Below, piece by piece: positions 36,564-47,088 of a stretch of DNA of 64,000 nt (positions are counted from its first letter, which is position 1; each line of letters opens with the position of its first letter). The DNA is from Candidatus Nomurabacteria bacterium (GTDB lineage: Bacteria > Patescibacteriota > Minisyncoccia > Phycocordibacterales > UBA9973), in NCBI GenBank assembly GCA_026396015.1, contig JAPLXP010000003.1:105810-169809 (forward strand), read 5' to 3'. A model generated the notes under the pieces. That model was not told the DNA's origin and did not search any database. It saw nothing but the letters and a program-made list of their open reading frames with translations. The position numbers and the translations under genes are program-made.

Positions 36564-37487
36564 ATGTTTTTAAAAAAGCTCAAAAGAACAATTCGTTCAG
36601 GTACTCACAACTTTGTAAGAAGTGGCTTCACTTCTGTTTCTTCTGTTCTCGTTATGGTGGTCACACTATTTGTCATCACTAGTTTGATCTTTGTTCAAGC
36701 TGCATTGACATCAGCACTCGCTGATATGAAGGACAAGGTTGATGTGACTGTATATTTCACTCCACACGCCGACACAAATATTATTCATTCTGTGGAGAGT
36801 ATTGTAAAAAAGGCACCCGAGGTAAAAAGCGTTACATATACTTCATCTGAAGACGCACTCGATGCGTACAAACAAAAACATATAAATGACAATATGATTC
36901 TTCAAGTCTTTGATATTCTAGATGAGAATCCTCTTGGAGCATCACTCAATATTAAGGCAAAAGACCCATCACAATACGAGAGTATTTTGAATTATCTAAA
37001 GAGTGACTCAGTACTATCTTCTGGTATGTTGTCTGTGATTGACTCTGTAGACTATAATCGCAACAAGCTAGTTATTGACCGCCTTACTAATATCATAGAT
37101 GGTGCTCAGAGATTGGGATTTGTATTAGCTGTTATTCTTATATTCATTTCTATTATCATTACTTTCAATACTATCCGTCTTATCATCTATATGTCTCGTG
37201 AAGAGATAGGTGTGATGAAGCTAGTAGGTGCAGGTAATAAATTTATCCGTGGTCCGTTTATGGTTTCTGGTATTCTGGTTGGATTGTTTGCTTCGATTGT
37301 CACTATTATAATATTCTGGCCTGTATCATACTGGCTCGGTCATAATATGACGGATTTCCTTGGTGTAGATTTGTACGCATATTATAAGTCAGAATTTTTG
37401 CAATTGTTCTTTATTCAGATTGTTGCAGGTGTGTCTATCGGGGCGATATCGAGCGCTCTTGCAGTTCACAAATATTTAAATAAATAA
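36564..37487 (+). CDS. ftsX: Cell division permease FtsX
   Basis: ENPLGASL, FNTIRL..Y..REEIGVMKLVGA…IRGPF. Confidence 0.93.
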   Translation: MFLKKLKRTIRSGTHNFVRSGFTSVSSVLVMVVTLFVITSLIFVQAALTSALADMKDKVDVTVYFTPHADTNIIHSVESIVKKAPEVKSVTYTSSEDALDAYKQKHINDNMILQVFDILDENPLGASLNIKAKDPSQYESILNYLKSDSVLSSGMLSVIDSVDYNRNKLVIDRLTNIIDGAQRLGFVLAVILIFISIIITFNTIRLIIYMSREEIGVMKLVGAGNKFIRGPFMVSGILVGLFASIVTIIIFWPVSYWLGHNMTDFLGVDLYAYYKSEFLQLFFIQIVAGVSIGAISSALAVHKYLNK

Positions 37488-37490
37488 ATT

Positions 37491-39179
37491 ATGAAAAAGT
37501 CTCAAAATAAACCTTCCCAAAAAGAAAAGGAGTTGTCTTCATGTAAGTATATTTTCGTAGTCGGTGGTGTGATCTCTGGTGTAGGAAAGGGTATAGCAGC
37601 ATCATCTATCGCACGTATACTGCAAGATCGTGGCCAGATTGTCACAGCTATAAAAATAGACCCATATATAAATATTGATGCGGGTACGATGAATCCTACT
37701 GAGCATGGGGAGGTGTTTGTGACAAATAGTGGTGATGAATGTGATCAGGATATGGGTAATTATGAGAGATTTTTAAATATAAATTTAGAACATATAAATT
37801 ACATGACTACTGGTCGTGTGTATCAGAGTGTGATTAATCGTGAGAGAAACCTAGGGTATGGTGGTGCTTGTGTTCAAGTGGTACCGCACATTCCTCTAGA
37901 AGTAATCAGTCGCATAGAAGCTGCTCGCGACAATGTAGGTGCAAATGTGGTAGTCGTTGAGATTGGTGGAACTGTCGGTGAATATGAAAATATATTATTC
38001 CTTGAAGCCGCAAGAATGCTTAAGATAAAGCACCCAAGAGATGTATTCTTTGTGATGGTATCGTATCTACCTATACCTTCAAAGGTGGGCGAGATGAAGA
38101 CAAAGCCTACTCAGCATGCTGTGCGTACACTCAATGCTTCAGGTATTCAGCCAGATATTATTATTGCTCGCAGTAATCAACCTTTAGATGAAAAACGTAA
38201 AGAGAAATTATCTATGTTTTGTAATATTTCTCCTGAGCGTGTAATCTCTGCTCCGGATGTCGATAGTGTATATGATATACCTATAAATTTTGAAAAGGAG
38301 GGTCTTGGCGACATGATCTGTGATGTAGTAGCTATGAAATGTGATCCATCTGATAACCCAGGATCTCGTGCATGGAAGAAATTTGTAAAATCTACACACA
38401 ATACAAAAGGTGAGGTTCGTATAGCTGTAATTGGTAAATATTTTGATACAGGAGATTTTACTTTTTCAGATTCCTATTTATCTGTTATTGAAGCTTTAAA
38501 ATATTCTGCATATGCTGTGGGTCGCAAGCCAGTATTGACTTGGCTTTCATCTACTACTTTTGAGAAAGATCCGAATAAATTAAAAGAACTTTCTCAGTAT
38601 GATGGGATCATTGTACCAGGTGGATTCGGTACTCGTGGAGTAGAGGGTATTCTAAAAGTTATAGAATACGCTCGAAATAAAAAGATTCCATACTTTGGGT
38701 TGTGTTATGGTATGCAACTACTCGTGATTGAGTATGCTCGAAATGTACTTGGATTTAAAGATGCTCACACACGTGAAGTAAATCCAAAATCTACTAACAT
38801 AATAATTGATATTATGGAGAGTCAAAAAGAAAACGTTGCAATGAAGAGAATGGGAGGTAGTATGAGATTGGGTGCCTACACAGCAATTTTGAAAAAAGGG
38901 ACAGTAGCAGAAAAGGCATACAAGAAGCCACAGGTAGAAGAGCGTCATCGTCATCGCTACGAGGTGAACAATGCCTATGTAGAGCAATTAGAAAAAGCTG
39001 GATTGGTATTCTCTGGAAAATCTCCAGATGGACATCTCTGTGAAATCGCAGAATTGCCTGGTAAGGATCATCCATTCTTCCTGGGTACTCAATTCCACCC
39101 AGAATTCCTAGCAAGACCACTTTCTCCTCATCCATTATTCACTGCATTCCTCAAAGCTTGTATCAAGAAAGATAAATAA
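37491..39179 (+). CDS. pyrG: CTP synthase
   Basis: GGVISGVGKG, DPYINIDAGTMNP, GLCYGMQ, ERHRHRYE, QFHPEF. Confidence 0.97.
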   Translation: MKKSQNKPSQKEKELSSCKYIFVVGGVISGVGKGIAASSIARILQDRGQIVTAIKIDPYINIDAGTMNPTEHGEVFVTNSGDECDQDMGNYERFLNINLEHINYMTTGRVYQSVINRERNLGYGGACVQVVPHIPLEVISRIEAARDNVGANVVVVEIGGTVGEYENILFLEAARMLKIKHPRDVFFVMVSYLPIPSKVGEMKTKPTQHAVRTLNASGIQPDIIIARSNQPLDEKRKEKLSMFCNISPERVISAPDVDSVYDIPINFEKEGLGDMICDVVAMKCDPSDNPGSRAWKKFVKSTHNTKGEVRIAVIGKYFDTGDFTFSDSYLSVIEALKYSAYAVGRKPVLTWLSSTTFEKDPNKLKELSQYDGIIVPGGFGTRGVEGILKVIEYARNKKIPYFGLCYGMQLLVIEYARNVLGFKDAHTREVNPKSTNIIIDIMESQKENVAMKRMGGSMRLGAYTAILKKGTVAEKAYKKPQVEERHRHRYEVNNAYVEQLEKAGLVFSGKSPDGHLCEIAELPGKDHPFFLGTQFHPEFLARPLSPHPLFTAFLKACIKKDK

Positions 39180-39184
39180 ATAAA

Positions 39185-39218
39185 ATAAAAACCATCACGA
39201 ATGTGATGGTTTTTATTT
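39185..39218. terminator. Bidirectional terminator
   Basis: ATAAAAACCATCAC-gaat-GTGATGGTTTTTAT. Confidence 0.8.
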
Positions 39219-39222
39219 TGTG

Positions 39223-39948
39223 TTATTTCAATTCTCCTAGACCAGGCTTACTTTGTTTGATTATATTTACTATCTCATTTACATCGTCTGTAATAGTGTA
39301 CAGGCTCAATTCTTGAGTGGTAATAGTATTATATTTTTCTAGCATTGTCTGCTGTATTGCAAGTTGGAATGGTGCCCAGAATTCTTTTCCTACTAGTATG
39401 ATCGGTACATCAGATATCTTCTTTGTCTGCTTTAGTGTGAGGACTTCGAATAATTCATCAAATGTTCCAAATCCACCAGGGAAGAATAAGCAGGCTTCTG
39501 TTGTGTATGACATTGATACTTTTCTTGTAAAGAAAAAATAAAATGGAATAGAATCAGTCACATATTTGTTTGTCTTTTGATCGTGGGGGAGTTTGATTGT
39601 TAGACCCACTGATCTTCCTCCTGCTTCGTATGCACCACGATTGGCTGCCTCCATTATGCCACCACCACCACCTGAAAGAATTGATACACCCGTCTCCTCA
39701 ACTATACGCTTGGCAATCATTTGTGCTTGTTTATAACTAGGATCATCCTCGGGTAGTCTTGCTGATCCATAAAATGTGACTGACGGACTAAAAGATTGAA
39801 TCATTTCTATTCCTTGTCTGAACTCCTCTTGAACCATACAGAGCTTTGTCTCCTCGTTATCTTCTCCGTATAGGGTCATACAACCGTCACGGATATCTTC
39901 AACTGTTAAATGTTTTGGCCTAAAGGCTTGTTTTTTTTCTTCACTCAT
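39223..39948 (-). CDS. LOG family nucleotide phosphoribohydrolase
   Basis: YGSAR, GGGGGIMEAANRGA, FFTRK, PGGFGTFDE. Confidence 0.92.
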   Translation of the reverse strand: MSEEKKQAFRPKHLTVEDIRDGCMTLYGEDNEETKLCMVQEEFRQGIEMIQSFSPSVTFYGSARLPEDDPSYKQAQMIAKRIVEETGVSILSGGGGGIMEAANRGAYEAGGRSVGLTIKLPHDQKTNKYVTDSIPFYFFFTRKVSMSYTTEACLFFPGGFGTFDELFEVLTLKQTKKISDVPIILVGKEFWAPFQLAIQQTMLEKYNTITTQELSLYTITDDVNEIVNIIKQSKPGLGELK

Positions 39949-40044
39949 TCCTATATGATACTCTGCTGTACCATATTTTTCAATTGTTTTTTATCTATTT
40001 TGTGGTAATATATGCCTATTACCATTTTGTAAATTGGTAAATAT

Positions 40045-40115
40045 TGCTAGATCGTCTAATGGTAGGACAACGGTTTCTGGTACCGTTTATCTAGGTTCGA
40101 GTCCTAGTCTAGCAA
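40045..40115 (+). tRNA. tRNA-Gln(CTG)
   Basis: TGCTAGA/TCTAGCA, ACGGT-TTCTGGT-ACCGT, CTAGG-TTCGAGT-CCTAG. Confidence 0.93.
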
Positions 40116-40274
40116 CAAAAAATAGCGCAGCGGTTTTTGCTGCTAGAAACAAGACAACTGCTTGTCTTGTGGCTAGGACAAGAAGACCTTTTCCTTATGA
40201 GTGTAATCACGAATGGAAAAGTGTGTACTGAATCTGTAAGGTTTGAGAGGTGTAATCACGGTCCTAGTCTAGCA
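40116..40274 (+). repeat. tRNA-tailored element, Gln copy
   Basis: Ends in GTCCTAGTCTAGCA (40261-40274) = 40101-40114; antisense TGCTAGA…CTAGGAC split by a CTGC-loop hairpin; GACCTTTTCC…GGAAAAGT core. Confidence 0.85.
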
Positions 40275-40601
40275 GCCAACTCGTGTTAGCTCAAAGATAG
40301 AGCTAATTAGGAAAATTTATACTTAAACTGCATACCTGCTGATATCTTACTTTGGAAATATAATTGGTGAATATGCAGTATTCTTAATCCCAATCTCTTT
40401 GGAACGTGGTATAACTAGTACTCAACCAATATTCACGCTTTTGTTTGCTATTATTTTTTTAAAAAAAGCACCAGGTTCATTTAAAGAATCTATTGATTTT
40501 TATTCGTTATGTAAAAAGATAACAATCTTTATTTTTGTAATTGTTGGAATAATATTGATTACTTGGTAGGATTATTTATTATTGTATTTTATAATGATTA
40601 T

Positions 40602-41069
40602 ATGGTGGATATTATAATTCGCAAATTAAAAAATACTGATATTGATATAATTTCTTTTTTGGTTAATAAATTTAGCCATGAATGGATAATTCCAGAAAAA
40701 GAAATTAAAGAAGAATTTGTCGATGCTTCTTTTTTGGGAAGTTTTCCTTATATTTTTATTGCTGTAGCTGAAAATGGTGAATTTGTGGGTGATATTATTT
40801 TGTCTATAGAGAAGGACTGGTTTTTAGGTATTGATAATGAGGTTTGGATTAGTGGGGTTTTTGTTGTGGAAAAGTATCGTAACCAGGGTATAGCAAGAAA
40901 GCTCATTTCTCAGGCTGAATCTGTAGTGCTTGAATGTGGATATAAAAATTTATATTTAGATACGATACATGCATCTGGGTATTATCAAAAAATCGGTGGA
41001 TGGGTGGAAATAGGAAAAGATACATGGAAAGATGAAGAAGTTATTATAATGAAAAAAGAGCTTTTATAA
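40602..41069 (+). CDS. GNAT family N-acetyltransferase
   Basis: VFVVEKYRNQGIARKLI motif A, YYQKIGGW; ATG 40602. Confidence 0.88.
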   Translation: MVDIIIRKLKNTDIDIISFLVNKFSHEWIIPEKEIKEEFVDASFLGSFPYIFIAVAENGEFVGDIILSIEKDWFLGIDNEVWISGVFVVEKYRNQGIARKLISQAESVVLECGYKNLYLDTIHASGYYQKIGGWVEIGKDTWKDEEVIIMKKELL

Positions 41070-41074
41070 AATAT

Positions 41075-41245
41075 ATGGATTCAAAAAAGATAATTTTAAT
41101 ATGTACGATGGTTGGTTCATTCTTGGGTAGTATTATTCCCGAGCTATGGGGTGACAGTATGATGTCTATGACATCTATATTACTCACGGCTGTCGGTGGG
41201 GCGCTGGGTATCTATATAGGATACAAAATAAGTCAAAATTACTAA
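41075..41245 (+). CDS. Small two-TM membrane protein (56 aa, below the ORF-track cutoff)
   Basis: MDSKKIILICTMVGSFLGSIIPELWGDSMMSMTSILLTAVGGALGIYIGYKISQNY, followed by a terminator. Confidence 0.75.
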   Translation: MDSKKIILICTMVGSFLGSIIPELWGDSMMSMTSILLTAVGGALGIYIGYKISQNY

Positions 41246-41282
41246 TAAAAAAGCTTGCAACAATAATGCTGCAAGCTATTTT

Positions 41283-41669
41283 TTAATTTATGACAGTCGC
41301 TGTAGCAAAGCTACTTTCTGTCTCATGTAATTTTATTTCTGTGACTCTACCGTCACCAAATTTTTCTGATTCTAGCATAACAAGTATTTGTAGCGCTAAG
41401 TTTTCAGCAGTTGTCGGTAAATCACCAAATATATTATTTAAATTTTTGTGATCAAATTTGTCAACCACTAATTCTTTCACAATTTTTTTAATGTCACCAT
41501 AATCCACAATCATTCCTTTTTTAGGACCTGATTTTTGTGTTTCTCCTGTTATCGTTACATATAGTATGTAATTATGACCGTGATTTTCTTTACACTTACC
41601 GTCATGATTAGGTAGTGAGTGTGATGCCGAAAAGGTAAACCTTTTGGTGATTGATAGTTGTATACCCAT
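41283..41669 (-). CDS. queD: 6-carboxytetrahydropterin synthase (QueD/PTPS family)
   Basis: FSASH, CKENHGHNY, GMIVDYG, FDHKNLN, TTAENLA, LHET. Confidence 0.9.
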   Translation of the reverse strand: MGIQLSITKRFTFSASHSLPNHDGKCKENHGHNYILYVTITGETQKSGPKKGMIVDYGDIKKIVKELVVDKFDHKNLNNIFGDLPTTAENLALQILVMLESEKFGDGRVTEIKLHETESSFATATVIN

Positions 41670-41786
41670 AATATTAAAGATTAGTTTTTTGTTTATCTTA
41701 CAATCTACACAATATTTGTCAATTATATGCTTTTTGTGTTTATGCTATAATTTGTCTACAAAATTATTATTAATAAATTTATTTAA

Positions 41787-42200
41787 ATGAAAAAAATTCA
41801 TGAATTGGTTCATAAATTCAATAATCCAAATCTTGGAATATTGTTTATCCGTATCGCTTTAGGAGTAGTATTTATCAGTGAAGGTTGGACAAAGATAAGT
41901 CATATCGAATATGTAGCAGGATTTTTTGGTGTAATCGGTATTCCTGTATTCTTGGCATATTTTGTTTCATATTTTGAATTTGTAGCTGGTATATTATTGA
42001 TTTGTGGAGTATTTGTCAGATACGTAGGAATAATACTATCAGCTATAATGTTAGTTGCTATTGCAAAGGTTCATTTTGTTCATGGTTTTAATGTACAGAA
42101 TGGTGGATACGAATACGTCTATGTATTGTTGCTATCAGCAATGTCTCTCGTTACTTTTGGTTCTGGGCCTTACTCTGTAAAAAAGTTTTTGAATAAATAA
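41787..42200 (+). CDS. DoxX family membrane protein
   Basis: IRIALGVVFISEGWTK, EFVAG, GGYEY, GSGPYS. Confidence 0.9.
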   Translation: MKKIHELVHKFNNPNLGILFIRIALGVVFISEGWTKISHIEYVAGFFGVIGIPVFLAYFVSYFEFVAGILLICGVFVRYVGIILSAIMLVAIAKVHFVHGFNVQNGGYEYVYVLLLSAMSLVTFGSGPYSVKKFLNK

Positions 42201-42242
42201 TTTTACTAATAAAAAAAACGATGCATATGCATCGTTTTTTTA

Positions 42243-43247
42243 TTAGTTTATCTCTATGTCTACGTATAAGATTTCTGGAAATTTTTCACGCATTCTTTTT
42301 TCTATTTCATCAATATGATTACCTACTAGGCGGGGGATACGGTCTGTTGTCTTGAACATGAGTTTTGTGAATTCTTTAAAGCTGTCTTTTATCTTGTTGA
42401 ATTCTTCTTTTAAATCTCCTGCACCGTATATCTCTTCATATAGTGGTGAACCATTCCACTCCACTGTCGCATATATTCTGTATTTATTTATATCTACTGC
42501 TACTGATTTAAAATCAAGTACTGTTTCAACGCATGGATCTTCCTGTAGAAATTCTAGAATTTCTTCTTTGAGTTCTTCGCTTATTGATTTGCCTATGATG
42601 TATTGATAATTTTTTCTTATCAATATTATTGCCAAGAATCCCAATATTAGACCAACAATAATACCTCCTATGCCATCATATATACTATTGCCTGTCAGAT
42701 AGAGTAAGGATTGTGAGACAAGAGCTATGAGTACTCCGAGTACTGCTGCTCCGTCTTCGTATACTACAGCTAGTGTTACAGGGTCGGCATCTTCAAATAT
42801 TTCTTTTGACAATTCTCGTTCACCACGTAGTTCTTTGAGTGCTACAAGTAATGTGAATCCTTCAATAAAAAAGGCAATAACTAGAACCACAACACTGAGA
42901 TAATTAAAGGAATGTATCATCTCATCATGGCTAAGTAGTGAGTCGATTGAATGGTATACAGTGACCCCAGCACCAATGAATAAAATTCCGCAAGCTGATA
43001 TTAGAGACCAGAAAAATCTTTCAATGCCATATCCATATCCCCGAATGTGATCTGCTGGTTTCTGTGATCTTTTTAGTCCTATATATAATAGTGCTTGGTT
43101 AAGTGTGTCAGCTATACTATGTACACTCTCTGCGAACATACTCGCAGATCCTGAGACTACTGCTATTATTGTTTTAATTATAGATACTATTATATTCCCG
43201 GACAATGCTGTTAATACTGATTTACTGCCTTGCGCTTTGTGTGTCAT
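42243..43247 (-). CDS. Cation diffusion facilitator transporter
   Basis: SASMFAESVHSIADTLNQ, YGYGIERFFWS, YEDGAA. Confidence 0.92.
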   Translation of the reverse strand: MTHKAQGSKSVLTALSGNIIVSIIKTIIAVVSGSASMFAESVHSIADTLNQALLYIGLKRSQKPADHIRGYGYGIERFFWSLISACGILFIGAGVTVYHSIDSLLSHDEMIHSFNYLSVVVLVIAFFIEGFTLLVALKELRGERELSKEIFEDADPVTLAVVYEDGAAVLGVLIALVSQSLLYLTGNSIYDGIGGIIVGLILGFLAIILIRKNYQYIIGKSISEELKEEILEFLQEDPCVETVLDFKSVAVDINKYRIYATVEWNGSPLYEEIYGAGDLKEEFNKIKDSFKEFTKLMFKTTDRIPRLVGNHIDEIEKRMREKFPEILYVDIEIN

Positions 43248-43302
43248 TTTTTGATTATAACATACAAAATGACCCCTTATTAGGGGTCATTTAATTCAAA
43301 TG

Positions 43303-43674
43303 CTATATTCCAAAATCAGAAGTTATGCTGTTATTTATTGATTTAACTGCAGCATTATACTGAATATATCCTACATAACACAATATTACAAAAGATATTC
43401 CCATTAATGCACAAGCGATGAATCCTATTTGTTTAGTTTTTTCATCTTTTGATTTTAAATACTTGATGCCATCCCATTTCCCAATCGTAAAAAATCCTAT
43501 CCATGGCAAAACGATACTATAAATATAAAGTTTTGTTTGTTCCGCAGGATTTGTTGATAGGGGAGAATCTTGAACTTTTGTTCCACAATTTGGGCAAAAG
43601 TAATATTCTGGTTTTAGTATCTGATGGCACATCGCACACAATTTAGTTTCAGTATTTTCCATATTATTTTTCAA
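43303..43674 (-). CDS. Zinc-ribbon membrane protein
   Basis: CAMC…FCPNCG plus two TM segments. Confidence 0.75.
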   Translation of the reverse strand: MKNNMENTETKLCAMCHQILKPEYYFCPNCGTKVQDSPLSTNPAEQTKLYIYSIVLPWIGFFTIGKWDGIKYLKSKDEKTKQIGFIACALMGISFVILCYVGYIQYNAAVKSINNSITSDFGI

Positions 43675-45595
43675 TTCCGCGAATGAGTACTTTTAATAAT
43701 GATTCCAATCCCATAGTGGCCACTCCTGTGACTTTATCACCTCCTCCATAATACAAGTAGAGTATTCCTTTATCTTCCACTACACCACAAGGGAATACTA
43801 CATTGTTAACGATACCATTTTTTTCATAATCCATTTCTGGTTCGAATATTGGGTCAGTGGTACGAGCTAAAACTAGAGCTGGATCTTTTTTATCAAGGAG
43901 TACTGCTCCTACTCTGTATGTACTGTGACTCTTGGATACTCCGTGGTATATTAGCAGCCATCCGTATTTTGTGTTGATTGGAGGTGATGCTATCCCTACT
44001 TTTAATCCATCCCATTTATTTTGTCTTGGGCCAAATATTTGAATACACTTGTTAACTTTTTCTTTTTCAAAATTCAGACTGTGTAGATAGTCCCCGCAAA
44101 CTTGATTACCCACACGATGAATGACTAGATATCCGTCCTTGAATTTTTCAGGGAATATACATGCATCCTTGTCATCAAATCCACTAGGTGTAATCAGTGA
44201 TGGTTTGTCCCATTTCCAATTGTGCGCAAGAAAATTTTTTTCAGTAATTGATGTTATTGCTACACGAGGTACATTGATACTGTCATATGCTGTATAGCAC
44301 ATGTAAATATTTTTACCGATTTGTGTCACTCTTGGATCTTCACAACCAGAATTTCCATTTGTTATTTTTTTGCTCTCAAAATCCTCACGTGGAAGATATA
44401 TTGGCTCAGGTGACCTGTAATCAATTTTTACTCCATTTTTTGTACTTGCATATCCTATATATGATGTATTGTCATTTGAAAATGATCTGTACATTATGTG
44501 TGTAGTTCCGCCTATTCTAATAGCAGCAGGATTGAATGTCGCCTTGGATTCCCATAGATGATCCTCGATGGGGGAGATTATTGGATTTTCCTTCCATCTT
44601 TTAAATGTATATACTCCTGCAGTTTCAGGTCTGATTGTGTTGATCAAATCTGTAATATTTACTTTTGCCTTACACACAGTAGTATCTGCTGCGCCGTAGT
44701 AAATACTTAGGACATCACCCTCGAGTAGTGCACCACTAGGGAATACTATATTACCAATATGACCGGTGAGTTCATAGACTTCACTCGGTACTAGTATAGG
44801 ACCTTTTGTCCTTCCGATTATTTTTCTTGGATCTTTTAGATCGAGTAGTAATACTTCGACTCCGAAAATACGATCTAAGTGTTCATTGCTCTCAAAATAA
44901 TTTTGAATATGAGAATAAATTAAAAGCCATCCGTACTTTGTTTTTATTGGAGTAGCACCTATCTCTACGTGGTCACTCTTTGTCCTACGTGGGTCTATTG
45001 TGTGTTCGTCTATTTCTGCATACCACTTTTCCCAAAATTCAGGATTCCAAAAATCTTCAACATTTTTGGATTGTGCGATGGCTATCTGTGAAGGTGGTAG
45101 GTCTGTGTGTACTGTCAGTATCAGTGTTGCTTTTCCATTTATGCGCTCCGGAAAAAGAGTAGCTGCTTTAGCGTTAAAAGGTGTCACTAGATGGCGCTCA
45201 GTTACATTTTTTAAATCCTTAGATATTCCTACTGCTACTTTAATATTCTCGTGTGAAAAAGGGAAGCCGCCCAATGCAGTATAAAAAGTATAATATTTAC
45301 CTTCAAATTTTGTCACGCGTGGATCTTCACACCCGTATTTTTCCCAATCCTCTACAGGAACGATGAATTGCTCATGCTCCTCAAAGTGAGTACCATCCTT
45401 GCCGCGCCCGATACCTACCACAGAAGTTTGTTCTGGGTTACGCATTTTGTCTACCGCAGAAATCGCTCGATATATACCATAATAATTTTTACCTTCTTTG
45501 ATAGGAGATAAATTAAATACAGCACCAGCTTCCCAGTAGTGATCTTTGTTTGGGACAAGTATTGGATTATGTGAAGATCTTTTTACGACGTACAT
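43664..45595 (-). CDS. Tandem two-domain GH130-like glycoside phosphorylase/hydrolase
   Basis: Two copies of the NPI…FN…YR…GCEDPR…VFP.G…YYG..D beta-propeller motif set. Confidence 0.88.
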   Translation of the reverse strand: MYVVKRSSHNPILVPNKDHYWEAGAVFNLSPIKEGKNYYGIYRAISAVDKMRNPEQTSVVGIGRGKDGTHFEEHEQFIVPVEDWEKYGCEDPRVTKFEGKYYTFYTALGGFPFSHENIKVAVGISKDLKNVTERHLVTPFNAKAATLFPERINGKATLILTVHTDLPPSQIAIAQSKNVEDFWNPEFWEKWYAEIDEHTIDPRRTKSDHVEIGATPIKTKYGWLLIYSHIQNYFESNEHLDRIFGVEVLLLDLKDPRKIIGRTKGPILVPSEVYELTGHIGNIVFPSGALLEGDVLSIYYGAADTTVCKAKVNITDLINTIRPETAGVYTFKRWKENPIISPIEDHLWESKATFNPAAIRIGGTTHIMYRSFSNDNTSYIGYASTKNGVKIDYRSPEPIYLPREDFESKKITNGNSGCEDPRVTQIGKNIYMCYTAYDSINVPRVAITSITEKNFLAHNWKWDKPSLITPSGFDDKDACIFPEKFKDGYLVIHRVGNQVCGDYLHSLNFEKEKVNKCIQIFGPRQNKWDGLKVGIASPPINTKYGWLLIYHGVSKSHSTYRVGAVLLDKKDPALVLARTTDPIFEPEMDYEKNGIVNNVVFPCGVVEDKGILYLYYGGGDKVTGVATMGLESLLKVLIRGIEK

Positions 45596-45598
45596 ATA

Positions 45599-46759
45599 TT
45601 ATTTTTTTGTTTTAATTTTAGTTGTTAATTTTAATGCTTTATCGTGCATTAATTCCTCTAGGAATAAATCAAGATTTGCTTTTGCTACACATGTGACCAT
45701 ATCTCCGCCGCCATAATATATGAATAATTCTTTATCTTTCACCACTGCACCACATGAGTATACTATTCCTGGCTTACCTTCATTCTCGTAATGTTCTTCT
45801 GGTTCTAGTATTGGATCTTTGGATTTGTGGAGTATCAAAGTGGGATCTTTTTTGTCGAGCAGCATGGCATGGAGATTGTATTTAGATGAATCCTTTTGAT
45901 TGTTCGTATGATAGATCACTAGCCATCCGTACTTTGTCTTGATAGGGGCGGGGCCTATGCCTCGCATATTTCTATCTCGCATTTTCCATAGTGGGTGATC
46001 CTGGTGAATGCTATGGATAAAAGTCTTACCATTGAATTCATTCAAATTGTCACTATAGTAGATCATAATCTCTGGAGATATTGCATGGATAATTGCATAC
46101 TTACCATTTATTTTCTCTGGGAAAAGAACCCAATTTTTCTGTACTTCACCTGGCATAGATATCAATACAGGCTCTTTCCAATTAAAATTTTTATTCACAA
46201 AATCTTTAACTTTTATATGCGTCATTCCAATACGAACAGAACCCCATCCATCAAATGCTGTATACATCATATAGATGTTGTCTTCTATGAGGGTCATTCT
46301 TGGGTCCTCGCATCCACCATCTCCACCACCACCAGAAATATAGTCTAATTTTTTTAGACTTTTATTCTTGTTTGTGGAGTGTTTGTATATGGGCATCGAT
46401 AATCGCTCAGTGATATGCAATCCATCTTTTGTTTTTGCATAACCCAATACTGAAGTATCACCGATTCCTATCGCACGATATACTATATGTATATGTCCAT
46501 CATGGTAAATTGCACTTGGATTGAATGTGGCTCCAGATTCCCAATTGGGATAATGACTAGGTTTTAATATTGGATTATTATAGGATCTTTTTAACGTAAT
46601 TTTTTTTGCTATCTGTATTTTATCATTTTTGGTTGCGGATGACTTTTTAATCACTTTTAATTTGCCCACAGTTTTTTTCTTTGGTGTTTTTTTAATCTTT
46701 GATATGGTCTTCAATTTTTTGATGATTGGAGCTTTTGTTTTTTTAATTTTCTCTACCAT
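45599..46759 (-). CDS. GH130-like glycoside phosphorylase with Lys-rich N-terminal tail
   Basis: NPIL, TFNPSA, VYRA, GCEDPR, KNWVLFPEKING, YYGGGD. Confidence 0.88.
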   Translation of the reverse strand: MVEKIKKTKAPIIKKLKTISKIKKTPKKKTVGKLKVIKKSSATKNDKIQIAKKITLKRSYNNPILKPSHYPNWESGATFNPSAIYHDGHIHIVYRAIGIGDTSVLGYAKTKDGLHITERLSMPIYKHSTNKNKSLKKLDYISGGGGDGGCEDPRMTLIEDNIYMMYTAFDGWGSVRIGMTHIKVKDFVNKNFNWKEPVLISMPGEVQKNWVLFPEKINGKYAIIHAISPEIMIYYSDNLNEFNGKTFIHSIHQDHPLWKMRDRNMRGIGPAPIKTKYGWLVIYHTNNQKDSSKYNLHAMLLDKKDPTLILHKSKDPILEPEEHYENEGKPGIVYSCGAVVKDKELFIYYGGGDMVTCVAKANLDLFLEELMHDKALKLTTKIKTKK

Positions 46760-47087
46760 ATTTATCCTCTAATCTAACTATATCTGACTCATCAAAATTA
46801 CCATGAGCAATCTCAAGGAATTTTACATCTTCATTCGTAGCTTCTATTCTGTGGGGGACTGTATTATCTATTGTGAATTCATCATTCTGCTGGGCTTGAA
46901 TCTTTTCAGTGCCAATAGTTACTATAGGATTGCCTTCTATAATTTTCCAGAATTCTGATCTATTTTTATGGTATTGGAGACTTAATGATTCTCCTTTGTT
47001 TATGTAAATTATCTTTACTGTAGTAGGTTCGTTTAGTGTGTATTGTTCAAATTTTCCCCAAGGTTTTTGTGTTGTTGTGGTTTTCAT
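46743..47087 (-). CDS. Cupin protein, type II mannose-6-phosphate isomerase domain
   Basis: KPWG, LSLQYH..RSEFW, HRI, FDESDIVRLEDKYGR. Confidence 0.88.
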   Translation of the reverse strand: MKTTTTQKPWGKFEQYTLNEPTTVKIIYINKGESLSLQYHKNRSEFWKIIEGNPIVTIGTEKIQAQQNDEFTIDNTVPHRIEATNEDVKFLEIAHGNFDESDIVRLEDKYGREN

Positions 47088-47088
47088 T

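Noticed and set aside
40280-40560. Possible tRNA D-arm remnant (TTAGCTCAAAGATAGAGC) and broken minus-strand reading frame
   Set aside because: No T-arm or acceptor stem, and no recognisable protein similarity; cannot support a pseudogene call
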